Positions 50,333 to 60,353 are shown, numbered from the stretch's first letter. The stretch is DNA of 64,000 nt from an uncultured Phycisphaerales bacterium (GCA_963718665.1 OY970359.1:928001-992000); one strand, 5' to 3'. The notes: generated by a model from the sequence alone, not told the origin. Numbers and translations: made by a program.

Positions 50333-50972
50333 TTTCAGCCCCTAAAAATTTAGATGCTATTTCCGTAATCGCCGCGGCTCGACGCTGCGCCTTTGTCATC
50401 TTATTGCTCGATATTCGATTTTCGATGCTCGATAACGCTTCCTCGATAACCCCCTGCTGTTGCTTTGTCACGAAAAACACAAGCGGTATGGCAAACTGCT
50501 CCGCCTGGGCTTCGAGTGGCGCGATAGTCAGTTTCAGGTTTGTCAGCCGTTCAATCTGCTTGGCCGTCTGAGGGAGTAATTTGGCTAATTGGGCTGTCCC
50601 CATCCGCTCAGTAAGCTTTTTCAACAATTCGATTTTCTTCGCCGGCGTATCCGAGCCGGCCAACCGATTCAGCGTCGTCAGCAAAATGGCCGTCTGCTCA
50701 TCGTCCACGTCCCAGACAACGCAATCCGCCTCTTTACGCCCCAGTCGCTCCAGTGCTTTTACGCGGTGATGGCCGTTGATAATCTGAAATTTATCCGCCG
50801 TGGCGGAATGGCCTTTTTCGTCCGGATGAGGCCTGACAACAATCGGCTCATACAGCCCCGTCCGCTCGATATTGCGAACCAGCTTGCGAAACGTCGCATC
50901 ACTCATCACATTAGGATTATCGGGATGTGCAGTAAGCTTTGACAACGCTATCGATTTAATCGGTTCAGACAT
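50319..50972 (-). CDS. ParB/Srx N-terminal domain protein
   Basis: HPDNPN.M...KL.RNI..G..EPIVVR...IINGHHR. Confidence 0.9.
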   Translation of the reverse strand: MSEPIKSIALSKLTAHPDNPNVMSDATFRKLVRNIERTGLYEPIVVRPHPDEKGHSATADKFQIINGHHRVKALERLGRKEADCVVWDVDDEQTAILLTTLNRLAGSDTPAKKIELLKKLTERMGTAQLAKLLPQTAKQIERLTNLKLTIAPLEAQAEQFAIPLVFFVTKQQQGVIEEALSSIENRISSNKMTKAQRRAAAITEIASKFLGAENVKH

Positions 50973-51070
50973 TTTTTATTTCTCCTAATCAATGCATATT
51001 AATGAGTTAGCGAACGAGTAAAAAACAATGGATGCACGGGGAAGGGGCTGTCGCACTGCTCGTGAAGTCG

Positions 51071-53407
51071 CTACCACAGATTACTCTGTGAGACACCGTA
51101 TAATTTACAAATTTTATTATCTATCGAGCTTATCGTATTGGCACGATCGGCTCCTCTGGGGCTTTCATTTAACAACATTACAGTAAGATTTACCACCTCA
51201 TCAAATAACCGCTTATCCTGTTCATTTTGCGGGACAGGCATAGGAAATTCACGGAGGACGCTAACTCGGTAACAATACCAACCAGAACCTAATGTCGGCA
51301 TTCGTCGTTGAGCCCACATCCGGAATACTTTGCTGTTAAGAACAGCAAGCAAAAAATAAACGTTTAAAGCCTTTTCATCCGGGCATATAAGAATGACGCT
51401 ATTGTTACAGAAGAGCTGTCGACATCGGTCCATGGCAAAGCTGCCGCCGGAACTAACTACACTCCCAACAATTTTTGGGCTTTTAATGATGCCAGAGACG
51501 TCTTCGCTTCTAAATGCATACCACGGTTGTTTCCTTTTCTGTTTTCTATAGATAAGATAAGGTTCGCAACGTTTTAAGTATTTATATGTAAGAGGAAATT
51601 CCGTCCGTAACATATCTTCAGTGTACAGCTTTCCGGTCTCATCATAAGGAAATATGCACAGCGTTTCAGGTTCCGGTAAGGTATATTCTTTGATATGGCG
51701 TCCACGTAATATCGGCCTCAAAATCGAATGTTCAAATACAAATCCATCACCCAAGAAACGACTTTCGGCTAATACGGTTTTAGAAGTCAAGCATTCGGCG
51801 TTTTTTAACAGAAACACATTATCCGCCTCTGTAGCTGTTCCAAAGCAGATGCGGACAGGCAATTTGCCGAGAGGTAAACCCGTTGACTCGATTTTATACA
51901 ATAGGTTCACCTCGCTTTCAGAATCCAAAATCCAATTTTCTGAAGCACATGCTGTGGCAGGCAGATTACGAATTTGTAATGATGTGTCGTCGCCGAATTT
52001 ATCAATTCTGCTTAGTTTCCTGCGCAGACTTCCTTTCGCTTTAATAAATACATATTTTGTGGTATTTTTCTCAGCAGTTTTTTGAAGCATAATTACCGCA
52101 ATCTGAACCGTAGCGTTTTGATATAGCCTGCTATCTTCAAATTCCACAATTTCACCAACAGTACACTCCTCGGCAATCAATTGACGAAGCACACGACCGC
52201 TTTTGGATCGCAAAAATGTATTAGAAATGCTCATACTTAAGTAGCCCTGATTTGCTAATTGCTCGATCGATTTTTCAATGAAAAGCATGTATAGATCAAA
52301 CTGATCGGTTTTTGCTACTCTAAATCTGCGCTTATAATTTTCGACCTTTTCGCGGTCTGACTTATAAAGTTCCTGGACTCGGACAAAAGGCGGCCCACCA
52401 ATAATCACTTGGAATGCTTCGTTTTTCAAAGATTGCCCCGCAAGGAAATCCTCGCATCTAATATTTTCCTCGAGAGTCGGTATCCTCAGATTTTGAATAT
52501 CATCCCTGCTTACGCCGTTGCTAATATAAAAATCCCATATTGTCAGCAAAAGTAATCTGCGTGTTTGCTGAATTGCCCATTCATCAATGTCTGTGCCATA
52601 AATCATAGACTCCAAAAGATTGAGTGTTTTCTGCGGAGAGAGACGTTGCGGTCTTTTATTGTCATTATAATTGCTTTTGAGCCATTTCAGTAAGAAACGA
52701 ACTGTTGCGATTAAAAATGCTCCACAGCCACAGGATGGATCGAGAATTCGCAGATGTTCAACCTGCTCAAGAGCCAATTTGCGAAATAATTTCTCAAAAG
52801 TATGAAACACAATGTAATCTACCAGGGGTGCAGGTGTGTAATATACACCTCTGGCATGACGGTCTGAGTGTTTTTTGTGAATTTTTTTATCTGCAATCGG
52901 ACTGCTTAAGCATAACTGATAAAAATCACTCATAATAGTGACCGGCATTCGACATCCATATATGACTTCGGCCGTTTCCGATATTTTAGCAAGAGATGAC
53001 AAATCAACATTTTTTTGTGGCGCTACCCCTGAATCACGTAAATGCTCCGGATTAAAAACCGCTTTGAGCAGTTTGCATGATACGCGATTGTAAACTGCCT
53101 CACAAAGATTGAACGCTGTTGGTTTATTAGCAATTTTTAGAATTTCCTCAAGAGTTGGAATCGCCATATAATCTAACTGTTTAACAAAGCCAATAAGCAT
53201 AATTGTATGGATACATTCGTCAACCGACCGTTGGGCATTTTCCCTATCTGCCTCCTTATTAAAATCACCGGCCCATACCCACAGCAAATACTCTCGCCAT
53301 TTTTGAAGATAATCGAGATGACGTGCAACAATTCTATACGGAGGAGAAATCTGCTGTTCAAGTAAAGGTGGAAGAATAGCTCCAGATTCTAATAAATAGT
53401 CAGACAC
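51071..53407 (-). CDS. Eco57I/TaqI-like N6-adenine methyltransferase with TRD; atypical motif IV GPPF
   Basis: RGVYYTP; motif I LDPSCGCGAF; IIGGPPFV in place of NPPY; DLY..FIE; TaqI_C-like AVLNSK. Confidence 0.85.
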   Translation of the reverse strand: MSDYLLESGAILPPLLEQQISPPYRIVARHLDYLQKWREYLLWVWAGDFNKEADRENAQRSVDECIHTIMLIGFVKQLDYMAIPTLEEILKIANKPTAFNLCEAVYNRVSCKLLKAVFNPEHLRDSGVAPQKNVDLSSLAKISETAEVIYGCRMPVTIMSDFYQLCLSSPIADKKIHKKHSDRHARGVYYTPAPLVDYIVFHTFEKLFRKLALEQVEHLRILDPSCGCGAFLIATVRFLLKWLKSNYNDNKRPQRLSPQKTLNLLESMIYGTDIDEWAIQQTRRLLLLTIWDFYISNGVSRDDIQNLRIPTLEENIRCEDFLAGQSLKNEAFQVIIGGPPFVRVQELYKSDREKVENYKRRFRVAKTDQFDLYMLFIEKSIEQLANQGYLSMSISNTFLRSKSGRVLRQLIAEECTVGEIVEFEDSRLYQNATVQIAVIMLQKTAEKNTTKYVFIKAKGSLRRKLSRIDKFGDDTSLQIRNLPATACASENWILDSESEVNLLYKIESTGLPLGKLPVRICFGTATEADNVFLLKNAECLTSKTVLAESRFLGDGFVFEHSILRPILRGRHIKEYTLPEPETLCIFPYDETGKLYTEDMLRTEFPLTYKYLKRCEPYLIYRKQKRKQPWYAFRSEDVSGIIKSPKIVGSVVSSGGSFAMDRCRQLFCNNSVILICPDEKALNVYFLLAVLNSKVFRMWAQRRMPTLGSGWYCYRVSVLREFPMPVPQNEQDKRLFDEVVNLTVMLLNESPRGADRANTISSIDNKICKLYGVSQSNLW

Positions 53408-53501
53408 AATTTAATCTTTTTAAATAAGCATTAAAGTTGATGGCGTGAATTAATCCCTGTGTTTCCGGCCAATTAAAAATATCGCAGGCAATTGTTAATC
53501 A

Positions 53502-54671
53502 TCAGAGCACGCAGTTACAACGACCGATAGAGTCCTTCATATCCAAAGCATCGAAAACGTCGGTCTCTTCCAAACACAGACCGATTTGCAGTTTGGGCCG
53601 AAGTTTTTTTATTTTGTCAATGAGGTATCGATACACTTCGATTCTTAGTTTTACAGGGAAGCGCATTCTACCATCTTTCGATTTGCCCTTTTCGAGCATT
53701 TTTGAAATAGCGTTATTCTTCCCTAATTTTCTCTCGGTAAGCTGCAACGCTCCGAAGTAGCTGCAAATTTGCCCCAGCGTTATGCGTTCAAGCGGGACTG
53801 ATACTAAAAATTTCTCCAAAAAGCGTGTGTATATATTTTGCCACCCTTCTACGGGGATAATGGGCATTATAACGGCGCGTAAGGGATAGCCCGCATTTGC
53901 ACACTTCCGCATCGCAGCAATTCTTTCATCGGGCAAAGGCACGTTCGACTCGAACAAGCTGGAAATCTCACCGGGATTTAAGCTCCACGAAAGAATGGTG
54001 TGGCCGTTGTGGTCAAGGTCAAGCAAATTGTCCACATTGGCGCTTTTTGTCAATAGAGTCAGTTTGGCGTTTTTCTGGTGAGCAAAAAAAGGAATAATTA
54101 AGCGTGAATAGCCGGTAAGCGGGTCAATCGCCAAACCGTCCTGGAGTTTCCCCAAGTAGAAGGCCGCGGGTACGGTCAGTTTTGAAGCAATGCCTGCGAT
54201 TCGGTCAAGGATTTCAGCGATATTTACAAATATCTTTACTGTCGGTGAGAATTTTACGCCGGGCGTTCCTGCCAGATAACAATACCGGCAATCATAAGGG
54301 CAAAAGCTGTATGGCGAAAAATGCCAGTAATTGGGGCAGCCATTACCATCCTCGTCGCTGAACCTTAGTGCGCTTTTATGCACGCCGAATACAAGGGTTT
54401 TTTTGCCTTTATAGTGCGTTTCCAGGATATCCGGCCCGCCAATATCGAGGCGATTATGAGAGGTGCCGAATCTTTCGAGCACCCGGGCCTGAGGATATAC
54501 CTTACAAATTGCCTGAACAAAATCACGCTGTTGGACGGTCTGACAGCTGCCTTTAGTCAATACAATTGCATCAGGGGTAAAATAAGAAGCCCGCTTTGGT
54601 TGATAATCCCAACACGAATTCTTTGCTGAAAAAAGGTCAATCATAATTGAATTTTCGCGCTCTAAACTCAT
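53502..54671 (-). CDS. spore photoproduct lyase-like radical SAM protein
   Basis: CPYDCRYC cluster motif; LLTKS, SWSLNP, LCLE and terminal CNC. Confidence 0.85.
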   Translation of the reverse strand: MSLERENSIMIDLFSAKNSCWDYQPKRASYFTPDAIVLTKGSCQTVQQRDFVQAICKVYPQARVLERFGTSHNRLDIGGPDILETHYKGKKTLVFGVHKSALRFSDEDGNGCPNYWHFSPYSFCPYDCRYCYLAGTPGVKFSPTVKIFVNIAEILDRIAGIASKLTVPAAFYLGKLQDGLAIDPLTGYSRLIIPFFAHQKNAKLTLLTKSANVDNLLDLDHNGHTILSWSLNPGEISSLFESNVPLPDERIAAMRKCANAGYPLRAVIMPIIPVEGWQNIYTRFLEKFLVSVPLERITLGQICSYFGALQLTERKLGKNNAISKMLEKGKSKDGRMRFPVKLRIEVYRYLIDKIKKLRPKLQIGLCLEETDVFDALDMKDSIGRCNCVL

Positions 54672-54692
54672 ATTGTCAAGACAAAGACATAC

Positions 54693-55521
54693 TCAGCCTG
54701 CATCCCAAATCCTCAATTCAACATTAGTATTTCGCCACATATAATACACGGGCCTGTCGGTTAGTTTATTGAGGACAAATCTTGTGCGTTCGATGCCGGG
54801 CTGCATAAGGCGTCTTTGGCCGTAACTTTGAAGGAATCGCGTCATCTCGCCATCAATAAATTGTGCCGCCCCGCATTTTATTTCACCGCCGAGATCGCAA
54901 AGACCGCGGAGATTATTTTTAACTATTTTTTTCTCTGCGTTCTCGGCGTGCTCTGCGGTAAAAATTGAATCGAGCTTCTGCTGGACAAGTTCCGCGTCAA
55001 TCAAATCCTGCTCATCTACGCCGACCGCACTAAACGCCTCAATCAATCGAACACACGATGGGGATATTGGCGCATCATATCGCGTCAATCCCGCCTTTTC
55101 AAAAAACGGGTTCGCCCTTCCCATCACCGCCAGCGCCTCAACGAAGGGGACATCCATAATCGGCATCGTCTCTTTGACTAAGCGAACCGCAAGCCCCAGC
55201 GAGCGAAACCTCGGCTCGATAATCACCCTGCTGATTGTGCGGATATTTTTGTTGATGAGCTTGAGACGCGTGCCCTTATCCAGCCCCGCGAAAATCCCGC
55301 CTGTCGCGATATTTCGCATCTGCGCCAGCCGTCGGCATCGAATAAACAATCACCCCCACGGTTTCGAGCTTCGTCGCCGTACGGAATTTACCCTTCAACG
55401 CAAAAATCGCCGCGTATGGCCCCATATTCGGCTCGCGGTAATGATAATGCGAAAGCGATTCGTAATCCGCCCTCGTCCCACGCACAATTTCGAGATTTCT
55501 CGCCACTGTGCACATTTCCAT
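54693..55521 (-). pseudogene. GNAT acetyltransferase (COG2401/Mom-like), split by a frameshift near 55320
   Basis: The N-terminal part (L..YHY...VGVIVY.MP; ORF 55276-55521) joins the C-terminal part (QMRN...ISRVIIEPRFRSLGLA..LV...EALAVM..NPFFEKAG; ORF 54693-55349). Confidence 0.8.
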
Positions 55522-55537
55522 TTTTGCTTTTTCCCTT

Positions 55538-56185
55538 TTACTTTTTACTTTTATATGTGACTTCCGCTTCTCCTGAGAAGTTTTTCACCACCAGCACATC
55601 CGGCTGCAAATCCGCCAGTATGTCCTCGTGAGCCGACGCGAGGAAAAACGTAACGCCGTTGTGTTTCGCGAACCTACGAACGTTATATGCGATTACGCCC
55701 GCGGTGATGCGGTCCAGGTTGCTGCAAAACTCGTCTGCGAATACGAACTTCCTGCCCGACGCCAGCGCGCAGGCCAGGCGAAAACGATATTTCTGCCCTT
55801 CGCTTAAATTCGCCGGCGCATTCAGCATACAAAACACGTCGCTCAGCCCCGCATAGCTCAGCATCGATAATCCGTCAATCGTCCCCGTTCCACCCACGCA
55901 GTCAATCGCTGATTTATCCGCAGGCAAAGCTATCTGCTCGATTACGATTTTATCATCATCCGCTACCGCCGCCTGCATTTCCCGCAGCAGCACGCTTTTG
56001 CCCGCCCCCGAAGGCCCGGTTATGTAAACAATGTCCCCATCGTTTACCTCGACTGTGCATGCGTGCGTCGTGCGCTGACCTTTGAGCCGGTCGATTCCCA
56101 CGCCGAACATCCGCATCACAGTCGTAACGCGCTCGCTTTTTTGCGGATTAACCTCGAATTGTTTCGCCACAGAAAATTTACGCAT
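55538..56185 (-). CDS. soluble ABC-type ATPase (COG2401-like)
   Basis: Walker A GPSGAGKS; signature LSEGQKYRFRLA; DEFCSNLDR; no permease gene nearby. Confidence 0.88.
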   Translation of the reverse strand: MRKFSVAKQFEVNPQKSERVTTVMRMFGVGIDRLKGQRTTHACTVEVNDGDIVYITGPSGAGKSVLLREMQAAVADDDKIVIEQIALPADKSAIDCVGGTGTIDGLSMLSYAGLSDVFCMLNAPANLSEGQKYRFRLACALASGRKFVFADEFCSNLDRITAGVIAYNVRRFAKHNGVTFFLASAHEDILADLQPDVLVVKNFSGEAEVTYKSKK

Positions 56186-56188
56186 CGC

Positions 56189-56635
56189 TCAATCCTCCTT
56201 TACCTCGTCCCCGCGCTTATTCGGCACACTTGTCAGCCGCTGAATTTGTCGCATCGTCTTTCTCACCTGGTAATACGTAATCTCGTGCCTGTCGGCTATC
56301 TCCTTCATAGGCAATCCATCGACAAAATAATCTCTCGCCATTTCAATCTGCTCATTGCTGAATTTGTCCCGGTTGTGCAGGCAGGTAATGTATTGCCCGT
56401 CAAGAAGCCGGCGAACCAGCTTGTGAATCCTTCTGGCAACGTTCACCTCATTGACGCCCGCCAGCCGCGCCATTTGGCTCAATGTCCCCGACCCGTTCAG
56501 ATACATTTGCATCAAAGCCCCATCCCTGCCCGTCAGCAGTCCCGCCCTGCATCGCAGAAGGTCAATTCTGTCCGTAGCTTCTGTCTCTTCTCTGCTGATG
56601 GGATTAACTTTTTGAAACGCCCTGCTCCTGGCCAT
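56189..56635 (-). CDS. double-HTH / sigma-region-4-like DNA-binding protein
   Basis: LSQMARLAGV...VARRI and MKEIADRHEITYYQVRK helix-turn-helix segments. Confidence 0.7.
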   Translation of the reverse strand: MARSRAFQKVNPISREETEATDRIDLLRCRAGLLTGRDGALMQMYLNGSGTLSQMARLAGVNEVNVARRIHKLVRRLLDGQYITCLHNRDKFSNEQIEMARDYFVDGLPMKEIADRHEITYYQVRKTMRQIQRLTSVPNKRGDEVKED

Positions 56636-57136
56636 ATCACTTCTCCTTTCTCCTCACAATCCGAAATCAAAATTTATCCGCCTTCGGCGTAATTTACTTC
56701 ATCATTGGATATTTGATATTGGACATTGGACATTCAATTCCATCTTCTCACTTCTAACTTCTGCCTTACTTAACTTTGCATTTCGCATTTTGATTTTTGC
56801 TATGCTTATCCGCACTCCGTCCCCGTCAGGCGCCTTTCATCTTCTAACTTCTAACTTCTGCCTATTAGTTGTTATTTATCAACCTAACAACAACCATAAT
56901 TTTATATCTATCGTCTTAAATGTCAAATTGTTTTTAGTAAAAAAACGAAATATTTTTATTGTTCACTATTTATATAACAAGTGAGTTGCCAAAAATCCCC
57001 GTTTTTAGCCCAATAACGAGGATTTTCGGGGATTTACTTCAAGAAGGGGGCCAAGCAATTTTTTTTGTTCTTTGGCTTAATTTTCTTGTGAGTTTTAAAG
57101 AATGAACCCAGCGAGGGATTCTTTTTCAACCCAACC

Positions 57137-57655
57137 TTATGGCAGATGCACGGCCTTTGGCTCATCATCGCCCAGAAGCAATTGTTTGTCTTTTTTGCGT
57201 TTCCTGCGTGACATAAACCAAACACCTAAAAAGGCACATCCTGACAACAATAATGTGTAAAGAAGATGCCTTATACTTAGACGAATTAGTACAGCACTTT
57301 TATAATCCTGAGGGATATTTGGAATGCCTTCCAGAAAATAAATGATGAGGATAATAGTTACTAACAGAATCGCGAGTATTGTTGCGAGCATCCGATATTT
57401 CTTCAATACAAAGCCGATTAATACACCCATCAAAAGACCTGAAACTCCGATATTTATCTCGCTGGCCGCCTCGCTCCCGTAAATAATCAGCAATGCCTTT
57501 GTGTGACTATGCGCTGTCCCTGCCGTATCAATTGCAAGTATCGGTTGTAACAAGAGAACCAAAGACAATGGGATAAATATATACGCACACAATAACGAGG
57601 CGATTATCGCGACAACAACGCTTTTCGTTATGTCCCTGGCCTTCAACGATAACAT
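57137..57655 (-). CDS. four-TM membrane protein
   Basis: RBS GGAGG before the ATG at 57655; four hydrophobic segments; basic tail. Confidence 0.7.
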   Translation of the reverse strand: MLSLKARDITKSVVVAIIASLLCAYIFIPLSLVLLLQPILAIDTAGTAHSHTKALLIIYGSEAASEINIGVSGLLMGVLIGFVLKKYRMLATILAILLVTIILIIYFLEGIPNIPQDYKSAVLIRLSIRHLLYTLLLSGCAFLGVWFMSRRKRKKDKQLLLGDDEPKAVHLP

Positions 57656-57981
57656 TTTTCGCCTCCCAACAACGATTATGTAGCCTGCATAAAACGCCAA
57701 ACACCGCCTGTTTACCCCGTGAGATGATGCCACATCTCTATCTCACCGGGGTTTATGCCATTATAATCAGTTCCCGTTCCTTGTCCAATACACATTCCGA
57801 ACCCGCCTCGCTTCTATTGTCCGGCCTCGGCACGATAATTCTGAGAAGGAAACGTTGAAAATCAATCTTACTTTCCCTTGCCTGGCAGCCATAATAGAGG
57901 TAGCATTCTGTTTGTATCCGCTTACCTGCCCCCACGGCCACCCCTAAGGGGTGTGGGGGTAAGAAATGGCAGGGACAGAAT

Positions 57982-58458
57982 ATGGAAGGCAAAAAACCGT
58001 CCGATAGTGCCGTTGAGAGTAGGTATCTGTTGATGCCTCAGCAGGCGAATCCTTACGGAACCGCTTTTGGCGGGGCGATTGTGGCCTGGATAGACATGGT
58101 CGCGTCAATGGCCGCCCAAAGGCATTGCGGCAAAGAGGTTGTAACGGCAAGTATCGATTCGCTCTCGTTTAGAGAGCCGATTCGTGTCGGCGACCATGTT
58201 GTGCTGAAGGCCTCTGTTAATTACGTCGGCCATACTTCAATGGAAGTCGGCGTTCGGGTCATTCGCGAAGACCCTTACGACGCTAAACAGGTCATAGCTA
58301 CGACGGCTCATCTGACTTTTGTTGCGCTCGATAAAGATAAACACCCCTGTCCTGTGCCCCCGATATTACCCCAGACAGCGGATGAAAAAAGACGTTACGA
58401 GAACGCCAAGCTGCGTGTCCAGGCCAGGAAAGATTTGTTGACTAAAATCAATCGCTAA
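57982..58458 (+). CDS. acyl-CoA thioesterase (hotdog fold, YciA-like)
   Basis: ANPYGTAFGG...WID, VTASID and G.TSMEVGV motifs. Confidence 0.92.
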   Translation: MEGKKPSDSAVESRYLLMPQQANPYGTAFGGAIVAWIDMVASMAAQRHCGKEVVTASIDSLSFREPIRVGDHVVLKASVNYVGHTSMEVGVRVIREDPYDAKQVIATTAHLTFVALDKDKHPCPVPPILPQTADEKRRYENAKLRVQARKDLLTKINR

Positions 58459-58634
58459 TACGTTCAATCGAGCCTGTCGAAGGGTTTTAATTCCGCGATT
58501 CCAACTGTCAGCTATACGCTGTCCGCTGAACGCTGCTTCTGCCCGCCTCTGCTTTACTGCTTGGCGTAGGTTTTTTTCGCCCGGAAGCGATTGTTGGCCT
58601 GTTTTGCGTTTCCTGCGTACCAAAAACCAACCAC

Positions 58635-59204
58635 CTAAAAAAGTAATTTTTTGAGCAGTTCCATCGGCATACCCATAACGTTGGTCATACTGCCCTCGAT
58701 ATGGTCAACAAAGGGGTCGTTGTCGCTGATGGAATACGCGCCGGCTTTGTCACGCCAGATGCCACTTTTGATATGCTTGGCAATCTGGGCATCCATCAGT
58801 TTTTTCGGATAAACAACCGTCGTTTCGGCTTCGACGATTTTCAGATTGCCCGATTTACAGACAAGGGCAAGGGCCGTGATAACCTTGTGGGGTTTGCTGA
58901 ACAGCGTTCGCGTAATCTCTTCGGCGTGCTTCGCATCACGGGGTTTGCCTATGATTTGTCCCGCGAAATCGACAACAGTATCCGCGCCGATGACAATTGA
59001 ATCAGGATGCTTTCGAGCGACGTCGTCTGCCTTGGCAAAAGCTAATTGTTTGGCGTATTCGACGGAAGTGATATTTTCAGTTGAGAAATTTGACTCGTCA
59101 ATCTGTGAGACGACAACGGTGAATTTGTAGCCCGCTTCGGCAAGGAGCTGTTTACGCCGAGGCGACGCCGATGCGAGAATCAGGGGTAAATGTTCAATGT
59201 TCAA
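58635..59204 (-). CDS. maf: Maf family nucleotide pyrophosphatase
   Basis: LILASASPRR, IGADT, DKAGAY and NVMGMP motifs. Confidence 0.93.
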   Translation of the reverse strand: MNIEHLPLILASASPRRKQLLAEAGYKFTVVVSQIDESNFSTENITSVEYAKQLAFAKADDVARKHPDSIVIGADTVVDFAGQIIGKPRDAKHAEEITRTLFSKPHKVITALALVCKSGNLKIVEAETTVVYPKKLMDAQIAKHIKSGIWRDKAGAYSISDNDPFVDHIEGSMTNVMGMPMELLKKLLF

Positions 59205-59229
59205 TATCCAGTATCCAATAATGAAGTGA

Positions 59230-60300
59230 TTATCTTAACCGCACCGAGTATGTTATCTTTTTGCAGAAGATAAGGTATTCCTTTTCGATTTGGTCATAAT
59301 CGCTGCCGATGTAATGCTCGAACAGCACCTTTCCGATTTCGCTGTTCCGTTCGATGGTTATCGGTATATTTCTGTCGGCGGCGATTTTTATATCCTCCGG
59401 GGATAAGGGCCACTGGCCATTGAAGCCGTCGAATAGCATATTTTGATATTTGCCTAAGCGTTTGCCGTAATCATCTTCACGAAGAAAACGGACAAGGGCG
59501 TACGCCTGGCTGTAAAAGGCAGCGACGGCCTCATCGTTTTCCACAACGACCTCGCCAGGGTTTAGCGATATGAGGGCCTTGAGAGGTATAACTTTATCTC
59601 TAAGAAAGGTCTGTTTGAGTGAGCCGAGGCGGTAGGCGTTGCGGTCGGGCGTAAAGGTGTAAAAACCCCTGTCGTATTCGGTTATTTCGAACTGCATCGC
59701 GATACCTTCATCGAGCCAGCTTGGCAGGCGGTATTTGAAAAGCCGCGAGTTGAACTGGTGCCAGCCCTCGTGGCCGAGAACCGAGAAGGTGCGCTCCCGG
59801 CCGATGTTATACGCCACGCACGACCCGTTTAAATAATAAGCCCCGGCTTTGATTTTGAGATACATCTGTGCCGCTGTGCCGGTGAAATCTGTTGTGAAGA
59901 CCTCCCACTGCTGACGATTAGCGAAGAGGTAAATGGTTAATGGGGCCGAGGTCTCGATTGGTCTGGGGAGCTGGCTTTCATAGCCGCGATAGGCGGACTC
60001 GACGAAGCCGGGGACCTGCGAGAGCATCAGCGGGTCAAGGAGGGTTGTGTAAATTTCATAATGAGCAGTATTGAGCTTGAGGCCCGTGCCGAACTTGCCT
60101 TCCCATAAGTCGATTGTCTTAAGAGTGGGGAGCTGTTTATTTTTCAGGTAGGCAACCATACCCGTGGGGGTATTTATGTCGCCGGCTAACGATACGCCGG
60201 CAAAACAAAATAAACCACAGATTGCCCAGATTGCCCCCGCCAATAGGCGAGGTCTCGCCAAAGGCATACAGATTGCCCGGATTACGCTGATTTTTTTCAT
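59230..60300 (-). CDS. secreted zincin-like protein (DUF1570-like)
   Basis: HEGWHQ...P.WLDEGIA; FYSQAYALV. Confidence 0.75.
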   Translation of the reverse strand: MKKISVIRAICMPLARPRLLAGAIWAICGLFCFAGVSLAGDINTPTGMVAYLKNKQLPTLKTIDLWEGKFGTGLKLNTAHYEIYTTLLDPLMLSQVPGFVESAYRGYESQLPRPIETSAPLTIYLFANRQQWEVFTTDFTGTAAQMYLKIKAGAYYLNGSCVAYNIGRERTFSVLGHEGWHQFNSRLFKYRLPSWLDEGIAMQFEITEYDRGFYTFTPDRNAYRLGSLKQTFLRDKVIPLKALISLNPGEVVVENDEAVAAFYSQAYALVRFLREDDYGKRLGKYQNMLFDGFNGQWPLSPEDIKIAADRNIPITIERNSEIGKVLFEHYIGSDYDQIEKEYLIFCKKITYSVRLR

Positions 60301-60353
60301 ATCATATATACGTCTGACTGGTGTGCAAAACTCAACCTAATTCTGTGATTATA

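Noticed and set aside
47253..56635. Complete prophage
   Set aside because: No integrase, att pair, portal, capsid, tail or lysis genes were seen, and rpiB interrupts the cluster.
58366..58623. 85-aa minus-strand ORF as a real gene
   Set aside because: It begins inside the duplicated C-terminal fragment and overlaps the thioesterase antisense; treated as a remnant.
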